A program made the translations under genes and the position numbers. A stretch of 59,103 bases of DNA from a virus (Duplodnaviria > Caudoviricetes), in the IMG/VR virus record IMGVR_UViG_3300028588_000027, positions 1-59,103 of that record; one strand, 5' to 3'. Below the pieces are notes generated by a model. It was not told the DNA's origin and ran no database searches. It saw only the letters and a list, made by a program, of their open reading frames with translations. Positions 36,457-46,600 of this stretch are shown here, piece by piece; within the stretch, counting starts at the first letter, position 1; each line of letters begins with the position of its first letter.

Positions 36457-37076
36457 TGGCGCTGGGTCCACGCTTCCTGGATGCGCCACAAGGTTCTGAC
36501 TTGTGGTTCGAGCATCGCGCCGGCCACGCTACCGCGTCCCGCTTCATCGACATCATCAGCAGCCAGGCCAGCCGCGATGCCTATATGTGGCAGCTGGTGG
36601 CCGAGCGCCTGGCCGGCATCGGCCGCGACAGCGGCGGCCGGGCCAAAGAATGGGGCCACGAATCCGAGCCGCTGGCCCGGCGCGAGTACAGCATCCGGAC
36701 AGGCCACCGGCCGATCGAAGTCGGGTTCGCCGTGCACGGCCGCATCAAGTGGCTGGGTTGCTCGAGCGATGGCCTGGTGGGCGATGAAGGCAGCATCGAA
36801 ATCAAAAGCCCGTTCAACCACGGCATCCACGCGCGCACGCTGGCGCTGGGCATGCCAGAGGAACACAAGCCGCAAACACAGGGCAACCTGTGGGTTCTCG
36901 AGCGCAAGTGGATCGACTTTAACTCGTTCGACCCGTCGTTCCCGGAACCGTACAACCTGTTCGTTGAACACTTCGAGCGCGACGAGAAATACATCAAGTA
37001 CCTGGAAGGTGAAGTAAAAAAATTCCTGGCCGAAGTGGCCATTGCCGTCAAAGACATCAAAGCGAAGTACAACTAG
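36456..37076 (+). CDS. YqaJ/lambda-exonuclease family protein
   Basis: QGS..W...RAG..TAS, WG.E.EP.AR, SSDGLV, EIKSP, Q.QGNLWV. Confidence 0.92.
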   Translation: MALGPRFLDAPQGSDLWFEHRAGHATASRFIDIISSQASRDAYMWQLVAERLAGIGRDSGGRAKEWGHESEPLARREYSIRTGHRPIEVGFAVHGRIKWLGCSSDGLVGDEGSIEIKSPFNHGIHARTLALGMPEEHKPQTQGNLWVLERKWIDFNSFDPSFPEPYNLFVEHFERDEKYIKYLEGEVKKFLAEVAIAVKDIKAKYN

Positions 37077-37088
37077 GAGAAACCACGC

Positions 37089-38411
37089 ATGAACACCCAA
37101 GCAAACGAACCGCTGCAGGACACCAAAGTAATCGACGGCGAAATCATCGAAGTCAAGACGCCGGCCGCCGCCCTGGCGGTGCTGAACCCGGGCGAGTACG
37201 GCAAGCAGCTGATGGAGCCGTTCGCCAAGCAGCTGACGCTGGCGCGCCGCAAGGTCGGCCGCGAGAAGTTCGACATCACCACCAAGGAAGGCATGGCCAC
37301 GGCCAAGGCGCTGCGCAAGCTGTTCGTGACGATCCGCACCGATGCCGACGCCGCCAAGTCCGAAGCGAAGCGCCCGATCGACGCCGCCGGCAAGGCCATC
37401 CTGGCCGAGTTCAAGCCGATCGAGGAAGGCGCCAAGGCCGAGGAAGCGAAGATTGCCGCCGTCATCGCGGCCGAGGAAAAACGGATCGCCGACGAGAAGG
37501 CCGCAGCGATCGCCGCCGAGCGCGCGCGCATCGAGGCCATCGAAGCCCGCCTGGCGCATATCCGCAGCCTCCCCAGCAGCATGCAGATGGCCGATTCGAC
37601 CGCCATCCAGGGGAAGATCGACGCCCTGCTGGCCAAGCAGCTCGACCCGGCCCTGTACGACGAGTTCCTGGACGAAGCAGCCGAAGCGATGATCGAGACG
37701 GTCGACCAGCTGCGCGCCCACCTGCAGGCCGCCCTGGACCGCGAGGAAGCGGCCCGCAAGGCCGAGGAAACCGCGCGCGAACTGCAGCGCATGAAGGACG
37801 AGCAGGCCGAACGCGAGCGCAAGGAACGCGAAGCGCAGGCCGAGCGCGATCGCCAGGCCGAGGAAGCGCGCAAGGCGCAGGCGGAACGCGAGCGCCAGTT
37901 CGCCGAGCAGCAGGCGGCCGTCCAGCGCCAGCAGCAGCAGATGAGCGAAATCATGGCCATGAACACCCTGGCCAGCACCGCGCCGACGATCGAGCTGCAC
38001 GGCGAACTGGAGCGCCAGCTGGCCAAGGTCCAGGCATTCGACCCGGCCAGCTACGGCGACATGGCGCCCATGGCCACGATGGCGCGCGACATGGCCCTGC
38101 AGGCGCTGCAGGCGCGCTACGCGCAGCTGCCTGACCCGTACATTGCGCCAGTGCCGGCGGCCGTCGAGGAAGCGCCTGCAGCCGCAGAGCCTACCGCGCA
38201 GTACGTCGACCAGGATGCGCCCGACGTCATCACGCCGGCTGCGATCGACAACCTGACGGAAACGCTGGAAGCAAATCGCCAGGCGCCGCGCCGCCCCGAG
38301 CTGGTGGAAGTGGTCAACGTCCTGGCCAAGCACTACCAGGTGGAAAAGCTGACGGTCCTGGCCTGGATGATGGACTGGAACGTCGAAGCCATCGCCGTCA
38401 TGGAGGAATAA
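37089..38411 (+). CDS. Long coiled-coil protein of the recombination module
   Basis: Glu/Ala/Arg-rich helical sequence; AGGAG SD. Confidence 0.75.
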   Translation: MNTQANEPLQDTKVIDGEIIEVKTPAAALAVLNPGEYGKQLMEPFAKQLTLARRKVGREKFDITTKEGMATAKALRKLFVTIRTDADAAKSEAKRPIDAAGKAILAEFKPIEEGAKAEEAKIAAVIAAEEKRIADEKAAAIAAERARIEAIEARLAHIRSLPSSMQMADSTAIQGKIDALLAKQLDPALYDEFLDEAAEAMIETVDQLRAHLQAALDREEAARKAEETARELQRMKDEQAERERKEREAQAERDRQAEEARKAQAERERQFAEQQAAVQRQQQQMSEIMAMNTLASTAPTIELHGELERQLAKVQAFDPASYGDMAPMATMARDMALQALQARYAQLPDPYIAPVPAAVEEAPAAAEPTAQYVDQDAPDVITPAAIDNLTETLEANRQAPRRPELVEVVNVLAKHYQVEKLTVLAWMMDWNVEAIAVMEE

Positions 38412-38413
38412 GA

Positions 38414-38878
38414 ATGCCGGGCCGTATCTGCAAGCATGAGGGATGCGGCCGGCTTGTGACCGGCCGCGGCATGTGTCAGAACCATTACGAATATTGGCGC
38501 CGGCACAATCCCGAAAGCATCACCATGCGCGTGCGCGATAACGCCGTACTTGAAGCGATGCCGGGAACCGTTCACCAGCTGGCCGAGCGCGTCGGCATTT
38601 GCTTGGCGTCGGCCCGGCGGGCGATCGAGTCGTTGAACGTGAAGGGCATTGAGCGCCAGGCCTTCATTACCGACTACGTGCCGCCGGCCAGCAAGGGTAA
38701 GCGCTGGGAACCCATCTATGCAATGGGGAAGAAACCAGATTTGAAACTGACAGCGGAGCGCCGGCGCGAACACATGCTCATGCTGCAGCGTGCTGGCCAC
38801 GCCCGTCGCACAGGGCGCCAGGCTCCGCCTGCAGCGCGGGCCAGCTGGATCGACGCGCTAGGAGCGATCGCAGCATGA
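38414..38878 (+). CDS. Hypothetical protein with Zn-finger-like N-terminus and HTH
   Basis: C...GC......GMC..HY; TVHQLAERVGI; GAGG SD. Confidence 0.6.
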   Translation: MPGRICKHEGCGRLVTGRGMCQNHYEYWRRHNPESITMRVRDNAVLEAMPGTVHQLAERVGICLASARRAIESLNVKGIERQAFITDYVPPASKGKRWEPIYAMGKKPDLKLTAERRREHMLMLQRAGHARRTGRQAPPAARASWIDALGAIAA

Positions 38879-39147
38879 CGAAACCGATGGACCCGACGCG
38901 AATGCGGTTCAGCATGTCCGCACCGCGTCGACAGCTGGACGACGACGACAACAGCGGCCTGAACTGCCACGGCTGCATTTTCCGGCGCCAGAAAGCGGCC
39001 GTGTGCAAGGTGGCCGGCCTCGAGGCGGTCGACCGCGGCATGCGCGACTGTGATGCGGTCGACCAGTTCGGCGAAGTGGTCGTCTACGTGCCGTACAACC
39101 AGGTACAACCCGAAATAACTACCGAGGAACAAAATGAACAAAAGTAA
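38875..39147 (+). CDS. Small Cys-rich hypothetical protein
   Basis: CHGCIF...C...C; AGGAG SD. Confidence 0.6.
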   Translation: MTKPMDPTRMRFSMSAPRRQLDDDDNSGLNCHGCIFRRQKAAVCKVAGLEAVDRGMRDCDAVDQFGEVVVYVPYNQVQPEITTEEQNEQK

Positions 39148-39406
39148 ACTTTTCCCAAGCCTTGACGGAGCAACCACGCCGGCCGACATGCGCGCCGCGA
39201 TCGAGCGCCACGCGCGCAATTGCCCGGTCGTGCACCACGCGCTGCTGGTGGCCGACATCAACCAAATGACGCCGGAAGACCGCTATTCAATGCTGGCCTA
39301 CCACGCCCTGCAGGCGCTGGCCGAGACGCAGCGCGCGCTTGTCGAGATGGCCGCACGCATGCCGCCGGTGGCGATGGTCGTGCACCTGCAGGGCGTCAAG
39401 GGATGA
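39134..39406 (+). CDS. Hypothetical protein
   Basis: GAGGA SD. Confidence 0.6.
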   Translation: MNKSKLFPSLDGATTPADMRAAIERHARNCPVVHHALLVADINQMTPEDRYSMLAYHALQALAETQRALVEMAARMPPVAMVVHLQGVKG

Positions 39407-39768
39407 ATCGCCAGCTGCAGCTGCAGCTTGAGGAACCGGCGCCGCGCAAGCTGGGAGGCGGCCCGCCGGGCGTCCAGGCGGCGTGGTTGCGCGGGTTCTC
39501 CGAGCCGGTGCTGGCCGAGATTGAGGCCCGGCTGAACGAACGGCCGGGCGAGTGGCTGGGCTGGGCTGACTTCGCCGACATTCGGGAGCGCCACAACATC
39601 GGCTGCTGTATGGGGCATGTCAAATTCCACCTGGCGCAGACGGGCCGCGCGATCCGGAAAAACATCTACTACGGTTCGGAGCGCCCTGGCGATCCTGATT
39701 ACAAAGGCTACAACACGGTGTACGGGTCGACCTTGTGCGGCCCGGCGCCAGAGAGGAAGCGGAAATAA
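39403..39768 (+). CDS. Hypothetical protein
   Basis: Start MNRQLQL by ATGA overlap. Confidence 0.6.
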   Translation: MNRQLQLQLEEPAPRKLGGGPPGVQAAWLRGFSEPVLAEIEARLNERPGEWLGWADFADIRERHNIGCCMGHVKFHLAQTGRAIRKNIYYGSERPGDPDYKGYNTVYGSTLCGPAPERKRK

Positions 39769-40055
39769 TGGAAATGGAAATGGAAATTGGCACGATTGAA
39801 TCGTTCCGGTTCATCCTGAGCCCGGCCAGGCCGGCCGTGGTGAATCGGCCGCGCCGGCGCCGGCCCGCGCGGCCTGCTGCGCCAGCGCCCACCGGCAACT
39901 GGCAGCCGCTGTTCCTGGCAATCCCTGCAGGCGCGCCACGCACGACGTCGCGCCGATCGGCGTCGGCCAGGAAGCGCAAGGCGATCCGCCATTCCCTGGC
40001 CCAGCGGGTACCGGCCGGCTGGCTGACGTTTGTGCACACGGAGTATTCGCTATGA
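39768..40055 (+). CDS. Small basic protein with N-terminal major-capsid-like peptide
   Basis: TAATG coupling upstream and ATGA coupling downstream; MEMEMEIGTIESFRFILSP resembles MCP HEMELGSAESFRFILSP. Confidence 0.65.
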   Translation: MEMEMEIGTIESFRFILSPARPAVVNRPRRRRPARPAAPAPTGNWQPLFLAIPAGAPRTTSRRSASARKRKAIRHSLAQRVPAGWLTFVHTEYSL

Positions 40056-40549
40056 AGACGCCGCGCTGGGTGTTACCCATCACCAGGGAGTCGCGCGCGC
40101 ATGTCGGCCGCATCCTGGCCGAAGCCGTGCAGCTGGCGCCAGTGGGTACCGTGCTGGCCATCTTCGAGGCCCGCAAGACGCGGGACCAGGAAAGCAAGTA
40201 CCACCCGATGCTGCGCGACATCGCCGCCCACTGTACGTTTGCCGGTGCGAAGTGGTCAGAGGATGACTGGAAGCGCCTTATGGTCGACGGATTTGTGTCG
40301 GTCGAGCGCGAAGCCGCGGCCGATCGCGGCGAACCCGATCCGTTCCCGGCGCAGGCATTCCTGATGCCGAGCATGGACGGGCGCCGCGTGGTGCAGCTGG
40401 GGGCGCAAACCCGGGAGTTCACGCGCGCACAGTCGTCCGACTTCATCGAACACCTGTATGCGTTCGGCTCGGAACAGGGCGTTACCTGGTCCGAGAAAGC
40501 GCAGCGCGTGATTCGTCATTTCACGCGGGCGCGTAGGGCGGTAAAATAA
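40052..40549 (+). CDS. ninB: NinB-family recombination protein
   Basis: KTRDQ..KYHPML.DIA, W..DDWKRL, LG.QT..F......DFIE.LYAFG.EQGV.W. Confidence 0.88.
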   Translation: MKTPRWVLPITRESRAHVGRILAEAVQLAPVGTVLAIFEARKTRDQESKYHPMLRDIAAHCTFAGAKWSEDDWKRLMVDGFVSVEREAAADRGEPDPFPAQAFLMPSMDGRRVVQLGAQTREFTRAQSSDFIEHLYAFGSEQGVTWSEKAQRVIRHFTRARRAVK

Positions 40550-40600
40550 CTCAGCGGTCGCGCCCTGGTTGGCGGCCTCTGCAAAATAGCCAGGTGGACG

Positions 40601-40630
40601 AAGGCCCGCATAACGCGGGCCTTTTTCTTT
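40601..40630 (+). terminator. Intrinsic terminator at the convergence of the two arms
   Basis: AAGGCCCGC-ATAAC-GCGGGCCTT followed by a T tract. Confidence 0.75.
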
Positions 40631-43600
40631 ACGGCGTGGTGCTGGTGCGCGCCTCCACCTTCTCGTTGAAGCGCTCCATCAGGGTCCGGATGCGCAGCTC
40701 GGTTTCCTTCACCCTGGCCTTGTCGCCCTTCTCGAGCAAGTCAGACTTGCGTTTGCGCAGGGCGGCAATTTCACGCTGCACCGCCTGCGCCTGGTCGGCC
40801 ATCTTCGCTTCTGGATGGTCGGCCAGGTATTCCCGCGCGCCATCCTTCGCCTGGCGCCGCCCCTCGAGCTCCTGTTCCGCCTCATTCAACTGTTTCAGGT
40901 TGTCGTAGAAGCGCGTCGACACGCTGGACTTATCGCCGGCGTCTCCGTAGAAGCGGCCGGCCAGCGGTATTTTGTACGCTGGCAGTTCCTCGCCGGTGAT
41001 GATCGCCGAGACGGTTTGCTGTGCCTTCAATGCCTCGCGCCCCACGCCTCCGGTGAGCTGGCCAATCAGGTAATCCACCTGGTCTGGCGTCGGGCTCCAC
41101 TTCCCGGGCGTGTACTCGTTGCCGCCAGTGATCGTGTTCAGGGCGTAGGAAACGGCCTTACCGACGCCGCTGGCCGTGTCCTTCGCCCGGGTATGGCCAG
41201 GCGTCGGCTTGAGGCTGTTGAAGTCTTCCTTGGCGATCTTCTTGCCCTTCCAGTCCTCGTTCATTTCCAGCGCCACGATAGGATCGGTCACGGTGAACGA
41301 CAGCGTTTGCGTCACCGATCCGCCGGCGCCGATCGGGTTGAAGGTGTCCATGATCGCGCTGGCCAGGTGCGAGACATACTTGCCTGGCTTCTTGGCGCCG
41401 CCCAGCGCGAACTCTGTCACCAGGCGGCCGGTCGTCGGCAGGAATGCGAAGCCCAGCGGGTACGGGATCGAGACGTATTTCTTTCCCCCTACCGGGATCA
41501 CCAGGTTTTTCGCGCGCACGTACTCCGGTGGCTCCTGGTCATCGAAGCCGGCCGCCGCCAAGAGGAACGCCTGCAGTACGCCAATCATCAGGCCGCCGGC
41601 GATGATCTTCTTGCCGGCCGGGCCGTTCAGGGTCTTGGCCATACGGGCTATGCCCTGTGTTGCCGCGTTAAAGAACGCATACAGGGAGTTGACCTGTGCA
41701 CCGACGGCGCCCTTGCGGTTGAAGTTGACCGTGAGATTCTTGGCCAGGCTTGCCGCGCGCTGGGGCGTCATGCCTTCGGCCTTGGCGATCTTGTACGCGG
41801 CCATCCTGGTGACGTTCTCGAGCGCCTCGTTGTAGTCACTCAGCCAGTCCAGCACGGCCTTGCCGGCCTTGCCTGCCGGGTTCATGGTCATGGCGCGCAG
41901 TTCCTTGGCCAGCTCCTTTGCGCGGTCGTCGCTGGTACTGAACATGGCGCGGTGGCCAGTAATCCCGCCTTCCTTCTGGAACTCGGCCCACAAGGCAGCA
42001 TCGGCGCCGGTCATCTGGTCCAGGCGCAGGCCATGCTTGCCGGCGGCCAGCAGCATGCGCGATGCCTCGGCCACGAATTCGACCTGCTTGCCGGCGATCG
42101 GAGTCGATGACAGGTTGACGGCGCCCTCGCCCAAATCGCGCGTCAGGTTGACCACGCCGAAAATGGGGTTGTACTGCGTGTTGACGGACGCAAACCAGCG
42201 AGTGGCCACGCCGATAATCGACAGCACGCGGTTGACGCCATCGTTGCCGATGTTGTTGATTGTCTCGGCCATGCGGCGGGCGCGCGGCTCGTCCTTGTTG
42301 AAGAAAATGAAGCGGTCTTCGCCGCCCACGCGCACCGAGACGACATGATCGCCAAGCCGTTCGCGCAGGTCCAGCACGCGCTCCACCAGGCCGGTCTTAG
42401 GGTTGACGCGGCGCTTGCGCACTTCCTCCACCAGCGCCGCGGCGTGCGCCGGCGTCAGGCCCATGGCCTGCAGTTCAGCGTCCAGGGCGGCCGGGTTCTT
42501 TTGCGGGTTGACCGGCTTCCAGAATGCTGGGTTCGGCGCCTGCAGGGCCAGGCCATACAGCGCCAGGTCCAGACGGTTCTTTTCGCCGCGCACCACGGCG
42601 CGTTCGCGCGCCATGGCCAGGTTGGCCAGGATGTTCACGACCTTGCGTTTCGAGCCCATGCGGCGCTTGCTGGCCGGGCCGCGCACGGAGAAGCCGCGGC
42701 CGGTACCGTTGCCGCCGCCGGCGTCCATGTCCTCGCGCATCAGCGGGACATAGTGCTGGTACGTGGCATTCCAGGCGTCGATAGTGTTCTGCGATTCCAG
42801 GCCATAGTCGACCAGCATCTGCTGGGTTTGCGCCGTCATGGCGTCGACGCGCGCGGCCAGGGCGTTATACGCGGCGCGCTTTGCCGGCGGCAGGCCGGCC
42901 AGGTAGTTGCGGGCGTCGGCCGTGTCGATGCCCGAACCGCCATCCTGCATGGCTGGATCGTTCGGATTGATGCTGGCGATCTGGTCGTTTGCTTCCTCGG
43001 CGTGGCGCATGTGCAGGAACTGCTCGAATTCCTCGAGCGCGACGCCGCGCGCCTGCATGTCGGTCAGCAGCGGGCGCAGCTCGCTGTTCAGGTATTCCTT
43101 GAAACCGGTTGCTGCGCGGCCGTGGAACAGTTCTTCCTGCAGGTAGGGGTCCCACTTGTCCTCGAGGCCGGTCACGACGTCGCGCACGGTGTCAACGGTG
43201 CGTTTGATGTCGATATGCTTGTCCTGCAGGACTTGAATGACGTCATCCAGGCGCGTCATGTCTGGCGCGGTCCAGGTTGCCGCCGGCGGCGGGTTGGCCA
43301 GCGCGCGCAGGGCATAATCGCCCTGGCCAAAAGCCTGCTCCACCAGCATGCGCGGAGACAGCTTCTCGCCGGTTCCTTCCAGCACGGCCTGCAGGCCGCG
43401 CAGCACAGCCGCATCCGACGGCAGGCCCAGCCAGCCGCGGGCCTTCTGCACCAGTTCGCCCAGCCAGGTCTTGGCCTTGGCCACCCACGAACCGGCCTCA
43501 TAGCGCTCGGACAGGATGCGCGTCGCGTTGACGGCCCAATACTCGGACGGGTTCGACAGCTGGTAGTGCTGGTCGTAGTCCAGCACGCCGTCGGCGAAGG

Positions 43601-46600
43601 CCTGCTTCGCACGCTTGGCTGCGGCGCTGCTGCTGGCCATGGTGAGCAAGTCGTCCATGGCGGTGCGGGTCTTCTCGTCGGCGGCAGCGTAGGCGCGGCC
43701 GAATGCCTTGCGCCAGGCCTGCACAATCTTGGCCTGGACGTCGGCCGGCATCATCCGTTCAGTGTGGTGCAGGATTTCGTGCACGGCCGTGCCTTCGTTC
43801 GCCGCGCCTTTGAACAGCGATATCACGCGCGACACCGGGTTGTACATGCCGGCGGTACCGCTTTCGCCGGCGGCGCGCAGGGAAATGCCCAAGTCCTCGG
43901 CGATCGCCGGGTTCTTGTTCAGCGCCCACAAGGCAAAGCTGACGGTCGCCTCGTCCAGTTCGCCAGTGCGGCGCGCGCGCATCAGGCGCTCCATGATCCA
44001 TTCCGGGCCACGCTCGCGCGGCTTCGGGGTTGCCTTGCTGGCGTTGCGGTCCTCGAGCGCGGACACGATGACGTCGACGCGCAACTGGAAGTCCTTGTCG
44101 GTAATCCGGCCTTCCTCGAGCGCGCGGCGCGCCGCTTTCAGCTTGGCCAAGGTGGCCACGCGCTTTGGCTCGCTGTCGGTCGGCGTGCCGGCCATCAGCG
44201 GCGGCAGCTGGTCGGAAACGTCGCGCAGCATCGACGGGTTCGACGGGTCGAACATGCCGGCGTTGCCGATGGCCGACTTCACCTGCTCAGGGGAGAACAC
44301 GACATACTGGTTTTCGTTGGCGCTTCCTTCGTAGCCGGTTTCCTCGTTGCCGTTGAAAGCGCTGGTGATGATAAGCCCGTCGTGGCCGTTTTCCTTCGCG
44401 TAGGCGATCGCGTCTTCGACGGCATACGATTCATAGTCGAGCTTCCCATTCAGGTCGATCCGGTGCGGGTTCTGCAGCGACAAATAAACCGGCATGACAT
44501 GCTCGCCCTCGCCGTAATAAATGCCGCTGCCACCGCTGGCATACCACGATGCCTCGTCTGTCTCGTCGGTGAACCAGATTGCGCCTTCGACGGATTCACC
44601 ATTACGGAAGGCGTCGCCCTCGAACTCGCCGCTGCGGCCGTGATAGACAACCATCGGCTGGCCACCTTTCATCACTTTGCTATTGCCGAACCATTTTTTA
44701 AAAGCTGCCGTATTGGTCTGGCGCTCGGCGATGTCGCGCAGCGTTGGCGCCACGATCGGGCGCCCGCGCTCGTCGGTCTGGCCGTCGAACTCGCGCCAGA
44801 ACTTGATTTGCGCCATGAAGTCCGGCGCCACCAGGTTGCCGTTGGTGTCGCGGATCGGCCGGCGCACGCCGTCGACCTCGATGGTGCGTTGGTCGGTGAT
44901 GTCGCGCAGCACCGTCTCGCCCAGCCCTGCAGAGACTTCATCCAGGGCGCCGGCTTCGTCCATGAATGCCGTGCGATCGGCGGCCGACTTGAACAGGAAC
45001 CCGCGCAGCGCGCCGCCGCCCACGAACTTGTTGTACCGGCCACCGTGTTGCTTGGCGATGGCCAGCGCCTGCTTGTACGTCTCCGGACTGGTGCGGTTGA
45101 GCATGGCGGCGCCGAACAGCGCCTCGCCGGTCTTCGTGTGCTTGAACTCGAACTGCGCATAGAAGCGCTCGGCGCCGGTGGCGCCTTCGGCCGCGGCGCG
45201 TACCTTCTTGCTGATTGGCGCGGCCGGCTTGGCTTCCTCGATTGCGATGTCTTCGGCTACCGTCTTGACGCGGCCCGGTACCGTGCTGTGTTCGAGGCGG
45301 TCGAACAGGTCTTCCACCGTCTCGGCGCTGACGTAATCGCGGCGCACCTGGTTGGGCGCCTTCTCCGGATCGGCGATCTTGTCCAGGATGATAATTTTCG
45401 TCATGGCGCCGGTACCGGCCCGGCCGAACGTGGCGGCCGGCAGATTGATTTCCGCTACCAGGTGCATGTCCTTCGGCGCATCCTCGGCGTAGAGGAAAGC
45501 ATCAAGGCGCTTGTCTGCCATGTTCCCGGTCGGCAGCAGCGCCACGATCCGGCCGCCTTCGCGCAGGTGCTTGAAGGCTTTGGCCAAGTGTGGCGTCGAC
45601 AGCGAACCGCCTTTGCCGAATGGCGGGTTCATTACGATGGCGTCGTACTTGTTGGAAACGTGTAGGTCTTCAAAGTGCTGTTGCTCGAAGCGGGCATTGC
45701 TGCCTTCGATGACCAGGCGGGCGCGGTTAATCAGCGGCGTCTCCGGCTCCACGATCGTCTTGTTCGTCTGCGCCGGGAACCAGCGCGCGATGGCGCCGTG
45801 GCCGGCGGACGGCTCCATGACGTCCTCGCCCACGCGAATATCGGCCCACTCGACCATCTTCATGCCGACGGGCTCGGGCGTGGCAAAGTAATCATTGCCC
45901 TCGGCCGACTTGCTGGCGCTGTTGCGCTTCAGCTGGCTGTAGTAGAAGGTCTTCGCCTTGTCCCATTCGGTCAGCGCCTTGGCCGTGTTGCGGTCCCGGG
46001 CCTTGCCGCCAGTGCCGTCGGTGTCGCTGACTGTCGCCGGCGCGCTGTCCTGGAAGGCTTCAATGATTGCTTCCTTCAGGCCGCGGGCCTGGTCGCCCAT
46101 GGCCAGCGCCTCGGCCGTGTCGGCGCGCTGCGCGATCGTCTCGGCAAAGGTGCGGCGTTCCCATTCGGTCCCGGTGTTCGCGTAGTGGAACAGGGCGTTC
46201 GATACCTGGCCGGTGCGGTAGATGCGGCCCTCGAGCTGAATCAGGGCGGTAGGCGTGCCTTGCATGCCGATGTTGACCATCACGCGGCGGTACTTGCCGG
46301 TGGTGTCGTGCAGGCTGATACCCTCGCGGCCCTTGTCGGACTGCAGGATGATGAGGCGAGCGCTGCCGTTGTCGTCGTTGAACTGGACTTTGTTGGCCTC
46401 GAGCTGCTTGGCCGGTACCGAACCGTTGTGCACCAGGGCGTCAGGGAATGCCGCCTGCAGCGTCTGCAGCGCCGATCGCGCCGGCACTTGTAGGCTGGCG
46501 AGGTCCGGGCGCGCGGCCTGAAATTCGCGGCCCAGCGCGGCCAGGTCGATTTCCTTGGGTGCGTTGTTCTCGTAGACCGTCGACACGCCGTTGATGCCGC

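Noticed and set aside
42345-45665. 1106-aa plus-strand ORF and other long antisense ORFs (e.g. 9622-11481, 15713-17821, 36051-38333, 56071-57651)
   Set aside because: Shadows of real genes on the opposite strand in GC-rich DNA; no motifs or SD sites and implausible composition.
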